DNA from: an uncultured Muribaculaceae bacterium
GTDB lineage: Bacteria > Bacteroidota > Bacteroidia > Bacteroidales > Muribaculaceae
NCBI GenBank assembly: GCA_964497305.1
Contig: CAZCEB010000001.1
Location: forward strand, 1-24,357
Length of the DNA stretch: 24,357 bases
Reading direction: 5' to 3'
The notes beneath the pieces were generated by a model. It ran no database searches and was not told the DNA's origin. It saw only the letters and a list, made by a program, of their open reading frames with translations. Made by a program: the position numbers and the translations under genes. Each line of letters starts with the position of its first letter. The stretch's first letter is position 1. Positions 8,305-16,599 of the stretch are shown here, piece by piece.

Positions 8305-8742
8305 ATGGCAAAAGAAGAAGAACGCATAGACAAATGGCTATGGGCAATGCGTATTTTTAAAACTCGTACTATAGCAACTGAAGCGTGCAAAAAAGGAAGA
8401 ATCACTATTGGTGATTCAGAAAACGGAGTCATTACAAAACCATCACGAACCATTAAGGTTGGAGATATTATAAATGTACGCAAGCCACCCATCACCTATA
8501 CGTTTAGAGTTAAAGCCCTAACTGAAAACCGTTTAGGAGCAAAGCTTGTTCCTGAATATTTAGAAAATATCACTCCTCAATCTCAATATGACTTACTTGA
8601 GATAGTAAAAATTAGTGGATTTATAGATAGGCGCAAAGGACTTGGTCGTCCAACTAAACGAGAAGGTCGAGAATTAGCTCGTTTTACTCAAGATATATAT
8701 GATGATGGATGGGATTTTGACAATCTTGATGACGATGAATAA
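8305..8742 (+). CDS. hslR: S4-domain RNA-binding protein, Hsp15/HslR family
   Basis: S4 domain RIDKWLWAMRIFKTRTIATEACKKGRI, Hsp15-type GRPTKREGREL, and an acidic tail. Confidence 0.88.
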   Translation: MAKEEERIDKWLWAMRIFKTRTIATEACKKGRITIGDSENGVITKPSRTIKVGDIINVRKPPITYTFRVKALTENRLGAKLVPEYLENITPQSQYDLLEIVKISGFIDRRKGLGRPTKREGRELARFTQDIYDDGWDFDNLDDDE

Positions 8743-8759
8743 ATTTCATCGTCATTTTT
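8729..8759 (+). terminator. intrinsic terminator overlapping the hslR stop codon
   Basis: ATGACGATGAA-taaat-TTCATCGTCAT is a perfect 11-bp stem followed by TTTT, located between convergent genes. Confidence 0.7.
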
Positions 8760-9336
8760 ATATTTTTATAGATTCAAAAAATTGATTACGTAAATCGACA
8801 TCTTTTTCAAAATCACCCATATACTCAATTGTAGTTGTTGAAGAATCTTGTTTCTCTACTCCTCGCATTTTCATACATAAATGCTGAGCATTACACACGA
8901 CAATAACACCTTTTGCCAATAACGTATTATATATTTCCCTACAAACTTCAGTCGTAAGACGCTCTTGCACTTGTAATCTACGAGCATACACATCTACGAC
9001 TCGAGCAAGCTTACTTAATCCTATCATATTCCCATTTGGGATATAACCAATTGAAATGCGACCAAAGAATGGGAGAATATGATGTTCACAAAAAGAATAA
9101 AACTCAATATCTTTTACAATAACCATCTTAGACCCAGCATATTCAAAAATTGCTTGATGCATTACTTCTGTTGGATTTTGACGATAACCATTTGTTGCAT
9201 AGTATAATGCCTTTGCCGCTCTTAATGGTGTTTTCCTTAAACCCTCACGCGCAACATCTTCACCTAAAAGTTCTATAATATTTTCAAAATGAGCTGCTAT
9301 CTTGTTAATAACATCATTATCGTATTGGATATCCAT
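8758..9336 (-). CDS. folE: GTP cyclohydrolase I
   Basis: REGLRKTPLRAAK, Zn ligands in FYSFCEHHILPF and HLCMKMRGV, plus GLSKLARVV and RRLQVQERLT. Confidence 0.97.
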   Translation of the reverse strand: MDIQYDNDVINKIAAHFENIIELLGEDVAREGLRKTPLRAAKALYYATNGYRQNPTEVMHQAIFEYAGSKMVIVKDIEFYSFCEHHILPFFGRISIGYIPNGNMIGLSKLARVVDVYARRLQVQERLTTEVCREIYNTLLAKGVIVVCNAQHLCMKMRGVEKQDSSTTTIEYMGDFEKDVDLRNQFFESIKI

Positions 9337-9344
9337 TTAATAGT

Positions 9345-9830
9345 CTATTCTTTATCAATATAATTTATTCTATCTCTCACGACACGAATTTCTTTGCTAA
9401 ACGAAGGAAATTCCTCTTTAAGTCTAACAACAACATCATTAGCATCTTCTGGTGTTCGAAAATCGCCTACTCTGAGTCTCCAAAATGGAGCATTGTAGAT
9501 TACGTATGTACGCAATTCAGGAAATTTTTCAGATATATCGCGAGCTTTATTTCTTGCTTCTACTTTTGCAGTACGAGAATTATTGTCAGAAAACACCTGA
9601 ATACGATATCCTGAGATATATTGTTTTTCGACAGGGCTATTCTTTATCGTATCATCATTCTCAATTAACTTATTAAGACGAGAATTCAATTTTTCAGATT
9701 GATAAATATTGCTCTTACCACTTGACGTAATATTTTCAATAATAGACGTACTATCTTTTGCAATAACATAATTACTGCATAGAGCATAAATAACGCCCAA
9801 TCCTAATGCAAATATCTTTTTTATCGTCAT
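9345..9830 (-). CDS. SPOR-domain peptidoglycan-binding protein
   Basis: Signal peptide and a C-terminal SPOR pattern GYRIQVFS...YNAPFWRLRVGDFRT..A. Confidence 0.88.
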   Translation of the reverse strand: MTIKKIFALGLGVIYALCSNYVIAKDSTSIIENITSSGKSNIYQSEKLNSRLNKLIENDDTIKNSPVEKQYISGYRIQVFSDNNSRTAKVEARNKARDISEKFPELRTYVIYNAPFWRLRVGDFRTPEDANDVVVRLKEEFPSFSKEIRVVRDRINYIDKE

Positions 9831-9849
9831 TGATGGTTAATATAAATAG

Positions 9850-9890
9850 TTAAGGCTACAAAAATACGAAAAAGATTTCTGTAGCCCTAA
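9850..9890 (-). terminator. hairpin downstream of tpiA (possible terminator)
   Basis: Minus strand TTAGGGCTACAGAAAT-ctttttcgt-ATTTTTGTAGCCTTAA forms a 16-bp stem with G.U pairs. The U-tract is weak. Confidence 0.55.
9859..9866 (-). promoter_or_regulatory. -7 promoter element (TATTTTTG) for SPOR-folE
   Basis: TAnnTTTG match about 30 bp upstream of the SPOR ATG. Confidence 0.6.
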
Positions 9891-9912
9891 TTATTTAGTT
9901 TGAATTTATTAA

Positions 9913-10668
9913 TTAGAATGCATTTACAATGCCCATAAAGTCTTCAGCTTTTAGAGAAGCTCCTCCGATTAGTCCACCATCTACATTTGGTTTTGCAAAA
10001 AGTTGAGCTGCATTTGAAGGTTTACAGCTTCCACCATAAAGAATAGACGTTTCCTCAGCTACAGTTTCTCCATATTTTGCAGCAATTACACTACGAATGA
10101 ATGCATGCATTTCTTCAGCTTGATCGTCTGTAGCAGTTTTTCCTGTACCAATAGCCCATACCGGCTCATATGCAAGAATGATTTTACCAAAATTTTCTGC
10201 CGAAAGTTCAAATAAAGCATCTTCAATTTGAGATTTTACAACATCAAAGTGAGTGTTATTTTCACGTTCTTCAAGCACTTCTCCAATACAGAAAATAGGA
10301 GTAAGGTTATTTTCAAGAGCCAAATTTACTTTTTCTTTTAAAATTTCAGATGTCTCACCATAATATTGACGACGTTCAGAGTGTCCAAGAATTACATAAG
10401 TAGCACCTGTTGATGCAACCATTGATGCAGAAACCTCACCAGTATATGCTCCAGATTTTTTGTCTGCACAGTTTTCTGCACTTAATCCTAATTTAGAAGA
10501 GTCAATAACAGAATTAATAGAAGCAAGATGTGTAAATGGTACACCAATAATAACTTCACACTTAGGAGTTACATTTTTCAATGCTTCGTTTACGTCTTTA
10601 GCTAAAGCAATACCTTCTTGAAGGTTTGTGTTCATTTTCCAGTTTCCTGCAACAATATTTTTTCTCAT
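9913..10668 (-). CDS. tpiA: triosephosphate isomerase
   Basis: [40 protein letters not shown] and [10 protein letters not shown]. Confidence 0.99.
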   Translation of the reverse strand: MRKNIVAGNWKMNTNLQEGIALAKDVNEALKNVTPKCEVIIGVPFTHLASINSVIDSSKLGLSAENCADKKSGAYTGEVSASMVASTGATYVILGHSERRQYYGETSEILKEKVNLALENNLTPIFCIGEVLEERENNTHFDVVKSQIEDALFELSAENFGKIILAYEPVWAIGTGKTATDDQAEEMHAFIRSVIAAKYGETVAEETSILYGGSCKPSNAAQLFAKPNVDGGLIGGASLKAEDFMGIVNAF

Positions 10669-10705
10669 TGTTTATAAATTTATTAAAGTTATTTTTTTGA
10701 TTATG

Positions 10706-10736
10706 CAAAGTTACACTCTTTTTCTTGGTTTACGAA
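10706..10736 (-). promoter_or_regulatory. housekeeping promoter of tpiA, overlapping the stop of the upstream gene
   Basis: -7 TAACTTTG at 10713-10706 followed by CA. TTCG at 10736-10733 with a 19-nt spacer is a near-consensus -33. Confidence 0.75.
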
Positions 10737-11970
10737 ATAAAAATTGCTTAACTATTAATCTAAAATAATCTATTAATAGTAATATTACCAATGCTATTAC
10801 ATGCAATGCTGTGATAGCAAGAAATTGCATGTGATTGTTCTCATAAAGAATCTTAAACACATCAACCTCTTGCTCTTCCATAAATAATGACGCATCAATA
10901 GACGAAAGTGTTCGTTTCCACTGTATTTTACCATCAATTAAATACACAAGTGCAATATTACCTCGAGCAATTTCTTTGACATCTGTATCCTCTATTATAT
11001 ATATATCATAATCTGCCATAGAAATATCTCTCCAATATTCTACGCCATGTTGATTTGTAGAAAATAACCCAACCATATTTCCGCCTCGAGCAGTTATTTT
11101 TTGATTAATTTCATTTATTAAATATGTATATGATATATCTGCTCTATCTATCTCAGGTATTAAAAGTAATAACTGTTCCCCATAATCAGAGATAATGTCA
11201 TATGTAATGTCTTCGCCATATTCATCGGTTATGACAAATCGATTATCTAAATTATTATCTAATTTCTCAACTCGTTCAATATATATCCACGTACTATCCG
11301 GCAAATTATTAATATCAAAATACTCCCTAATCCCACTTTTCTCATATACAAAATATATTCCTTGATCATCATTTTTTGTAGGCAATAAACTTGTACCTAT
11401 TTTATATCCTCTAAAATCAATAAGAGGTTGTGTATTATACCCAATCAAACTTATGATTATAGCATAAGATATATATATAAATATCTGTATCCATTGAATA
11501 TACCTGTTAAATAATCCATTTACTTTATGATTATTAAAAGACAAATAAACCAAAAATATTGTAATAATAATATTTTTGATAAATGTACTTGAATTTGACA
11601 ATTTTATAAAATCCCCAAAACACCCACAATCATCAACAGGTTCGACAACTGCGATATATAGAGTTAATGGCAACATTACCATCATTAAAGCCAATAATGA
11701 CCATGAACTTGTGCGTTTTAAACTACCGACAAGCAACATTGCTCCCATAATAAACTCAAAAGAGGATATACTCAATGCTGTTATAAACACTATTGAACGT
11801 GGCTCAGGAATTCCCCATATCGTGAGATATTGCTCAATCTTATATATAAACCCCCAAAGATCAATAAATTTAGTAGTGCCCGATAAAACAAATATAGATC
11901 CTACTATAATGCGCAGGATCCATACATATGTTTTAATATGATTGTTTAAATGTAATGAAATCTTATTCAT
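10711..11970 (-). CDS. DoxX/MauE-like membrane protein (BT_3928-like family)
   Basis: LRIIVGSIFVLSGTTKFID, the PVDDCGCFGD motif, about 5 N-terminal TM helices, PLIDFRGYKIG, a soluble domain and a C-terminal TM. ATG 11970 is preferred over TTG 11973 and overlaps the DUF1599 stop. Confidence 0.82.
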   Translation of the reverse strand: MNKISLHLNNHIKTYVWILRIIVGSIFVLSGTTKFIDLWGFIYKIEQYLTIWGIPEPRSIVFITALSISSFEFIMGAMLLVGSLKRTSSWSLLALMMVMLPLTLYIAVVEPVDDCGCFGDFIKLSNSSTFIKNIIITIFLVYLSFNNHKVNGLFNRYIQWIQIFIYISYAIIISLIGYNTQPLIDFRGYKIGTSLLPTKNDDQGIYFVYEKSGIREYFDINNLPDSTWIYIERVEKLDNNLDNRFVITDEYGEDITYDIISDYGEQLLLLIPEIDRADISYTYLINEINQKITARGGNMVGLFSTNQHGVEYWRDISMADYDIYIIEDTDVKEIARGNIALVYLIDGKIQWKRTLSSIDASLFMEEQEVDVFKILYENNHMQFLAITALHVIALVILLLIDYFRLIVKQFLFRKPRKRV

Positions 11971-12508
11971 CAATACCTGATAACTTTATTATTGCAAACA
12001 CTGAATAGTTAATCATATCTTTATAATTGGCATCAATACCTTCAGAAACTAATGTCTCCCCATTATTATCTTCAATTTGTTTTGTTCGAAGTAGTTTCAT
12101 TAAAATCAAATCAGTATATGAATTAACCCTCATACCTCGCCATGCTTCATCATAATCATGATTTTTGGCAATCATTAATTCTTTAGTCTCTGCAACAAGC
12201 TTATCATATAGTTCTATTGCTTGTTCATTTGTCATATCTTCTGTCTCACTATGACCAAGCATTAACTGAATAAGACCTATTATACCATAATTTACTATTC
12301 CTATAAATTCAGGCAAAATGCCCTCTCCAACTTTTGATTCCCCTTTTATTTCAAGAGATCTTATGCGATTTGCCTTTATATATATTTGATCTGTTATTGA
12401 TCTCGCTCTCATTATACGCCATGCGGCACCATAATCGTGTAATTTTTTTACATATAGTTCACGACAAATAGCTAACGCAGAGTCAAATTGTTTATTTGTA
12501 TCTTTCAT
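11963..12508 (-). CDS. tandem DUF1599 (Nmad1)-domain protein
   Basis: Two homologous halves: KKLHDYGAAWR..SITDQIYIKANRIR and AKNHDYDEAWR..SYTDLILMKLLRTK..DMINYSVF. Start moved to ATG 12508 because the ORF-track extension contains a promoter and runs into a terminator. Confidence 0.88.
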   Translation of the reverse strand: MKDTNKQFDSALAICRELYVKKLHDYGAAWRIMRARSITDQIYIKANRIRSLEIKGESKVGEGILPEFIGIVNYGIIGLIQLMLGHSETEDMTNEQAIELYDKLVAETKELMIAKNHDYDEAWRGMRVNSYTDLILMKLLRTKQIEDNNGETLVSEGIDANYKDMINYSVFAIIKLSGIDE

Positions 12509-12525
12509 TTCTTTTAATCTTTTCA

Positions 12526-12533
12526 CAAAGATA
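12526..12533 (-). promoter_or_regulatory. -7 promoter element (TATCTTTG) for DUF1599-DoxX
   Basis: TAnnTTTG match ending 18 bp before ATG 12508. Confidence 0.7.
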
Positions 12534-12554
12534 ACAAATATTTTAATAAGAAAT

Positions 12555-12588
12555 AGAAAAGAGGCCATTCTATTAAGAATGACCTCTT
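12555..12588 (-). terminator. intrinsic terminator of the gyrA-TPR operon
   Basis: Minus strand AAGAGGTCATTCT-taat-AGAATGGCCTCTT (13 bp, one U.G pair) followed by TTCTATTT. Confidence 0.8.
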
Positions 12589-12605
12589 GAAATTATCAAT
12601 CAAAA

Positions 12606-13823
12606 TTATAATTGCAAATTTTCTATTCTTTTTAAATTAGCTTCATCTCCTAAATTGTAATATACATTGCGAAGATAACGCAAAGCGTCTGCTTGATTAT
12701 CAGGATCTAATTCATAAGCCTTTTCAAGATAAATTACAGCTTCTTTAAATAGAGGAAATATTTGTTCATCACGCACTTTCATATATTCATTTTGTGATAA
12801 TGTTGATGATGCGTCGCTTATAGCATATGCTTTTTCACAAATTTTACGACCATAGTTATATTGAGCTCTTGCAAATTCTGGTTTTAATTCAATAGCTTTT
12901 TTATAACATTCCATTGCCTTTTCATTATCCTTTTGGCTATCATATATAATACCCATTACATCATACAATTCTCCATTTTGGGGATCCAGAGTAAGAGCTT
13001 CTTCAATTGTAGCTTTTGCCTTTTCATAATCTTTAGATTCAATATATCCATTAATTACGATAGTAATATACTTGTTATCTTCTTTCCCATAATATTTAAA
13101 GGCATCAGCAGCAAGAGCATATACTACATCATTTTTCAGACTTTGAGCTGCAACACTGATTGCATAGTCATATAAATTCTTTTTGTTATATCCTTTACTA
13201 CGAGCAAAGTCAAAAGCTATCAATGCGCTATCAAGACGATTTGCTTGCCATGCAGCCAAAGCTTGATTATATGCAAGTTCTCCCATAATAGAATCATGAG
13301 GGACAGTAAGACTTTTCGCAATAGTAGGATTATTTGGTAATTTTAAGAAGATATCCCACGCTGTATATGCACCTTCAAAATCTTGAGCTTCCCAAAGGAA
13401 ACGCGCAGCATTATCAAAATCATTATAATGTCCTGCAATTGTTTTAATGATATCTTTAGAGTATTTTGTTTTTACTTTTCCTTTTTCGTTAATAACTGTA
13501 TCAAGTGGTAATGCTGCTATATAAAAGCGATACCCATTAATTAGAGCGTCTCCGATGCTTTTTGAATCAACTGTTTGTCCAATGGATTTCTTAGCATATA
13601 GATTGTCATAACAATCAAATTCAAGTTTTCCTGCAACAAACCATGTTTGAGCATTATTTTTTGTTTCATCATTAGTAAGCGCAGGTGCTATTTGTTCACG
13701 AGCTGCTACATAATCAACATTATCACCTTTAATAGTGCGTTCTACTTCCTTTACTAAATTAATTTGGGCTGATACCGAACCTAATGTTAAAAGGCATAAC
13801 CCTAAAAGACTAAATTTTTTCAT
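12606..13823 (-). CDS. exported tetratricopeptide-repeat protein
   Basis: Signal peptide MKKFSLLGLCLLTLGSVSA. TPR units such as AKATIEEALTLDPQNGELYDVMG, AMECYKKAIELKPEFARAQYNYG and YLEKAYELDP. Confidence 0.9.
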   Translation of the reverse strand: MKKFSLLGLCLLTLGSVSAQINLVKEVERTIKGDNVDYVAAREQIAPALTNDETKNNAQTWFVAGKLEFDCYDNLYAKKSIGQTVDSKSIGDALINGYRFYIAALPLDTVINEKGKVKTKYSKDIIKTIAGHYNDFDNAARFLWEAQDFEGAYTAWDIFLKLPNNPTIAKSLTVPHDSIMGELAYNQALAAWQANRLDSALIAFDFARSKGYNKKNLYDYAISVAAQSLKNDVVYALAADAFKYYGKEDNKYITIVINGYIESKDYEKAKATIEEALTLDPQNGELYDVMGIIYDSQKDNEKAMECYKKAIELKPEFARAQYNYGRKICEKAYAISDASSTLSQNEYMKVRDEQIFPLFKEAVIYLEKAYELDPDNQADALRYLRNVYYNLGDEANLKRIENLQL

Positions 13824-13860
13824 AACGATAATAGTTTGTGTTAGAAAATATTGTTATTGA

Positions 13861-16371
13861 TTAATTTTCAGTTGATGTTGTTTCTTCTGTTGTTTCAATT
13901 TCTTGACTTTCATCAATCTCATTTTCTGGTTCTGAATTAACGCAACATACTGAAGCGATATCATCATTGCGTTTTTCAAGATTAATGAGTCTCACTCCCT
14001 GTGTAGCACGTCCCATTACACGAATATCAGCGACATTAAGTCTTAAAGTAATACCTGATTTATTAATAATTACAAGGTCGTTTTCATCAGTAACACTCTT
14101 GATTGCAACAAGATTTCCTGTCTTATCTGTAATGTTTATCGTTTTAACACCTTTTCCTCCTCTATTTGTAATACGATAGTCTTCAAGTAATGAACGTTTT
14201 CCGTATCCTTTTTCAGAAATTACCATTACATTGTTTTCGGTATTTTCATTCATACAAATCATTCCGACAACGCAATCATTATCGTCATCCAATGTCATTC
14301 CTCTAACTCCGGTTGATACGCGACCCATTTCACGGACTTTGCTTTCATGGAATCTGATTGCACGACCATTGCGATTTGCTAAAATTATTTCTGAGTTTCC
14401 ATCAGTTAACTCAACTTGAATTAGTTGATCTTCTTCTCTAATAATAATAGCATTTACTCCATTTGCTCTTGGTCGAGAATATGCTTCTAAACTTGTCTTC
14501 TTGATTACCCCATTTTTAGTACAGAATATCAAGTTGTGAGACGTTACAAACTCTTTATCTTCAAGACCCTTTACTCTGATAAATGCATTAACAGCATCAT
14601 CAGGCTCAATATTTAGAAGATTTTGAATTGCTCTACCTTTCGCATTTTTAGCCCCTTCAGGAATATCATACACTTTGAGCCAATAACAACGTCCTTTCTG
14701 CGTAAAGAACAGCATATAATTATGCATCGTAGCATGATATATATGTTCAATAAAATCTTCATCTCGAGTATCACTACCTTTTGCTCCTACTCCACCACGA
14801 TTTTGCGCACGGAATTCAGATAATGGAGTTCGTTTGATATATCCCATGTGAGAAATTGTGATTATCATTTCATCATCGGCATAGAAATCTTCTGCATTAA
14901 AATCACCGGCAGTATAGTCTATATCGGTGCGACGTTCATCTCCATATTTTTCTCTAATTTCTACTAATTCTTCTTTTATCAAATTGCGACAAACAACATC
15001 ATTATTTAGAATTTCTTCCAAATGTGCTATCAATTTCAATAAGTCTTCATGAGCTTGACGCAATTTATCTTGTTCCAGACCTGTCAATTGTCTTAATCGC
15101 ATTTCGACAATAGCAGTCGTTTGAGCATCGGTCAAGTTAAATCTTGCACTAAGTCTTTCCTTAGCCTCTTCTGTTGTAGCAGAACTGCGAATTATACTAA
15201 TAACCTCATCAATATTCTGAGATGCAATAATAAGCCCCTCTAGAATATGTGCTTTTTCTTGAGCCTTTCTCAATTCAAATTGAGTTCGGCGAATAACCAC
15301 ATCATGACGATGGTCGATAAAAGCCTGAATTAACTCTTTAAGATTTAAGATTTTTGGTCTTCCATTTACAAGAGCCACATTATTTACACTAAAGGATGCC
15401 TGCATTTGAGTCATCTTGTATAATTTATTAAGGACTACATTTGCATTTGCATCGCTTTTTAGCCTAATCACAATGCGCATACCTTTATAATCACTTTCGT
15501 CATTGATGTCAGCAATTCCATCAATTTTCTTTTCATTAACAAGATTGGCAATGTATTCGATTAATTCAGCTCTATTAACATTATATGGAATCTCTGTAAC
15601 AATAATATCTTCATGATTGGCATTTGTTTCAATTTCAGCTTTTGCTCGAATAACAATGCGTCCACGACCTGTCTCAAAAGCTTCTTTTACCCCATTATAG
15701 CCATAAATTGTCCCTCCTGTTGGGAAATCGGGAGCTTTAATATATTGCATTAAATCAGGGATACTCATTTCAGGATTATCAATTAACGCGATTGTTGCGT
15801 TAATTGCCTCCGTCAGATTGTGTGGTGGCATATTTGTTGCCATTCCCACTGCAATTCCTGAAGCTCCATTTACCAAAAGATTAGGAAAACGAGTAGGCAA
15901 AACTACAGGCTCTTTTCTTGAATTGTCATAGTTAGGCTGGAAATCAACTGTATCGGAATCAATATCTTGCAACATTTCTTCTCCTATTTTATCCAATCTA
16001 ACCTCTGTATAACGCATTGCTGCTGCTCCGTCTCCATCAATAGAGCCAAAGTTTCCATGACCATCAACCAGAGTATATCTTAGAGCCCATGGCTGAGCAA
16101 GGCGCACTACCGTACCATATATTGAAGAGTCTCCATGGGGGTGATATTTCCCCATAACTTCTCCTACACAATTTGCTGATTTTTTATGTGGATGATCTGA
16201 AGTATTCCCCATTTCATTCATCCCAAAAAGCACTCTGCGATGTACAGGTTTCAAACCATCTCTAACATCAGGAAGTGCACGCGACACAATAACCGACATT
16301 GAATAGTCGATATATGCCGACTTCATTTCGTTTTCAATATTGATCTTTAAAATGCGATCTTCTTCTAACAT
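13861..16371 (-). CDS. gyrA: DNA gyrase subunit A
   Basis: RALPDVRDGLKPVHRR, GKYHPHGDS, catalytic AAAMRYTE, GyrA-box QNRGGVG, C-terminal pinwheel repeats and an acidic tail. Confidence 0.98.
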   Translation of the reverse strand: MLEEDRILKINIENEMKSAYIDYSMSVIVSRALPDVRDGLKPVHRRVLFGMNEMGNTSDHPHKKSANCVGEVMGKYHPHGDSSIYGTVVRLAQPWALRYTLVDGHGNFGSIDGDGAAAMRYTEVRLDKIGEEMLQDIDSDTVDFQPNYDNSRKEPVVLPTRFPNLLVNGASGIAVGMATNMPPHNLTEAINATIALIDNPEMSIPDLMQYIKAPDFPTGGTIYGYNGVKEAFETGRGRIVIRAKAEIETNANHEDIIVTEIPYNVNRAELIEYIANLVNEKKIDGIADINDESDYKGMRIVIRLKSDANANVVLNKLYKMTQMQASFSVNNVALVNGRPKILNLKELIQAFIDHRHDVVIRRTQFELRKAQEKAHILEGLIIASQNIDEVISIIRSSATTEEAKERLSARFNLTDAQTTAIVEMRLRQLTGLEQDKLRQAHEDLLKLIAHLEEILNNDVVCRNLIKEELVEIREKYGDERRTDIDYTAGDFNAEDFYADDEMIITISHMGYIKRTPLSEFRAQNRGGVGAKGSDTRDEDFIEHIYHATMHNYMLFFTQKGRCYWLKVYDIPEGAKNAKGRAIQNLLNIEPDDAVNAFIRVKGLEDKEFVTSHNLIFCTKNGVIKKTSLEAYSRPRANGVNAIIIREEDQLIQVELTDGNSEIILANRNGRAIRFHESKVREMGRVSTGVRGMTLDDDNDCVVGMICMNENTENNVMVISEKGYGKRSLLEDYRITNRGGKGVKTINITDKTGNLVAIKSVTDENDLVIINKSGITLRLNVADIRVMGRATQGVRLINLEKRNDDIASVCCVNSEPENEIDESQEIETTEETTSTEN

Positions 16372-16459
16372 GATTTTATAATATCGTAGTTAATAATTTA
16401 TTATCGGGTTACAAAAACTATATTCTACACTTTTCCCGTTTAAGGTGTTAAATATCATA

Positions 16460-16467
16460 CAAAGATA
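16460..16467 (-). promoter_or_regulatory. -7 promoter element (TATCTTTG) for gyrA
   Basis: TAnnTTTG match about 90 bp upstream of the gyrA ATG. Confidence 0.7.
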
Positions 16468-16549
16468 GCAAAAAAATACATAAAACGCGATATTAAAAGT
16501 ATTGCTTTTGCTTTTTTTATTATATGAATTAATCTATTTTAAATATACT

Positions 16550-16566
16550 TTGGCACAATAATTGCA
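16550..16566 (+). promoter_or_regulatory. candidate sigma54 (RpoN) -24/-12 promoter for clpC-htpG
   Basis: TTGGCACAATAATTGCA is an exact TGGCAC-N5-TTGCA match (GG-N10-GC) ending 33 bp before the clpC ATG. Confidence 0.65.
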
Positions 16567-16599
16567 ATATAGTATCTGTCAGAAATAATATAAAACAGA

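Noticed and set aside
10996..11478. (TA)5-type tracts in the DoxX-like gene
   Set aside because: They are short and expected from ATA/TAT codons in a very AT-rich membrane-protein gene.
12509..12568. N-terminal extension of the DUF1599 ORF in the ORF track
   Set aside because: It contains a -7 promoter box and begins inside the upstream terminator, so ATG 12508 is the better start.
13861..16371. Possibility that this gene is parC
   Set aside because: The GyrA-box QNRGGVG, full C-terminal pinwheel and acidic tail indicate GyrA.
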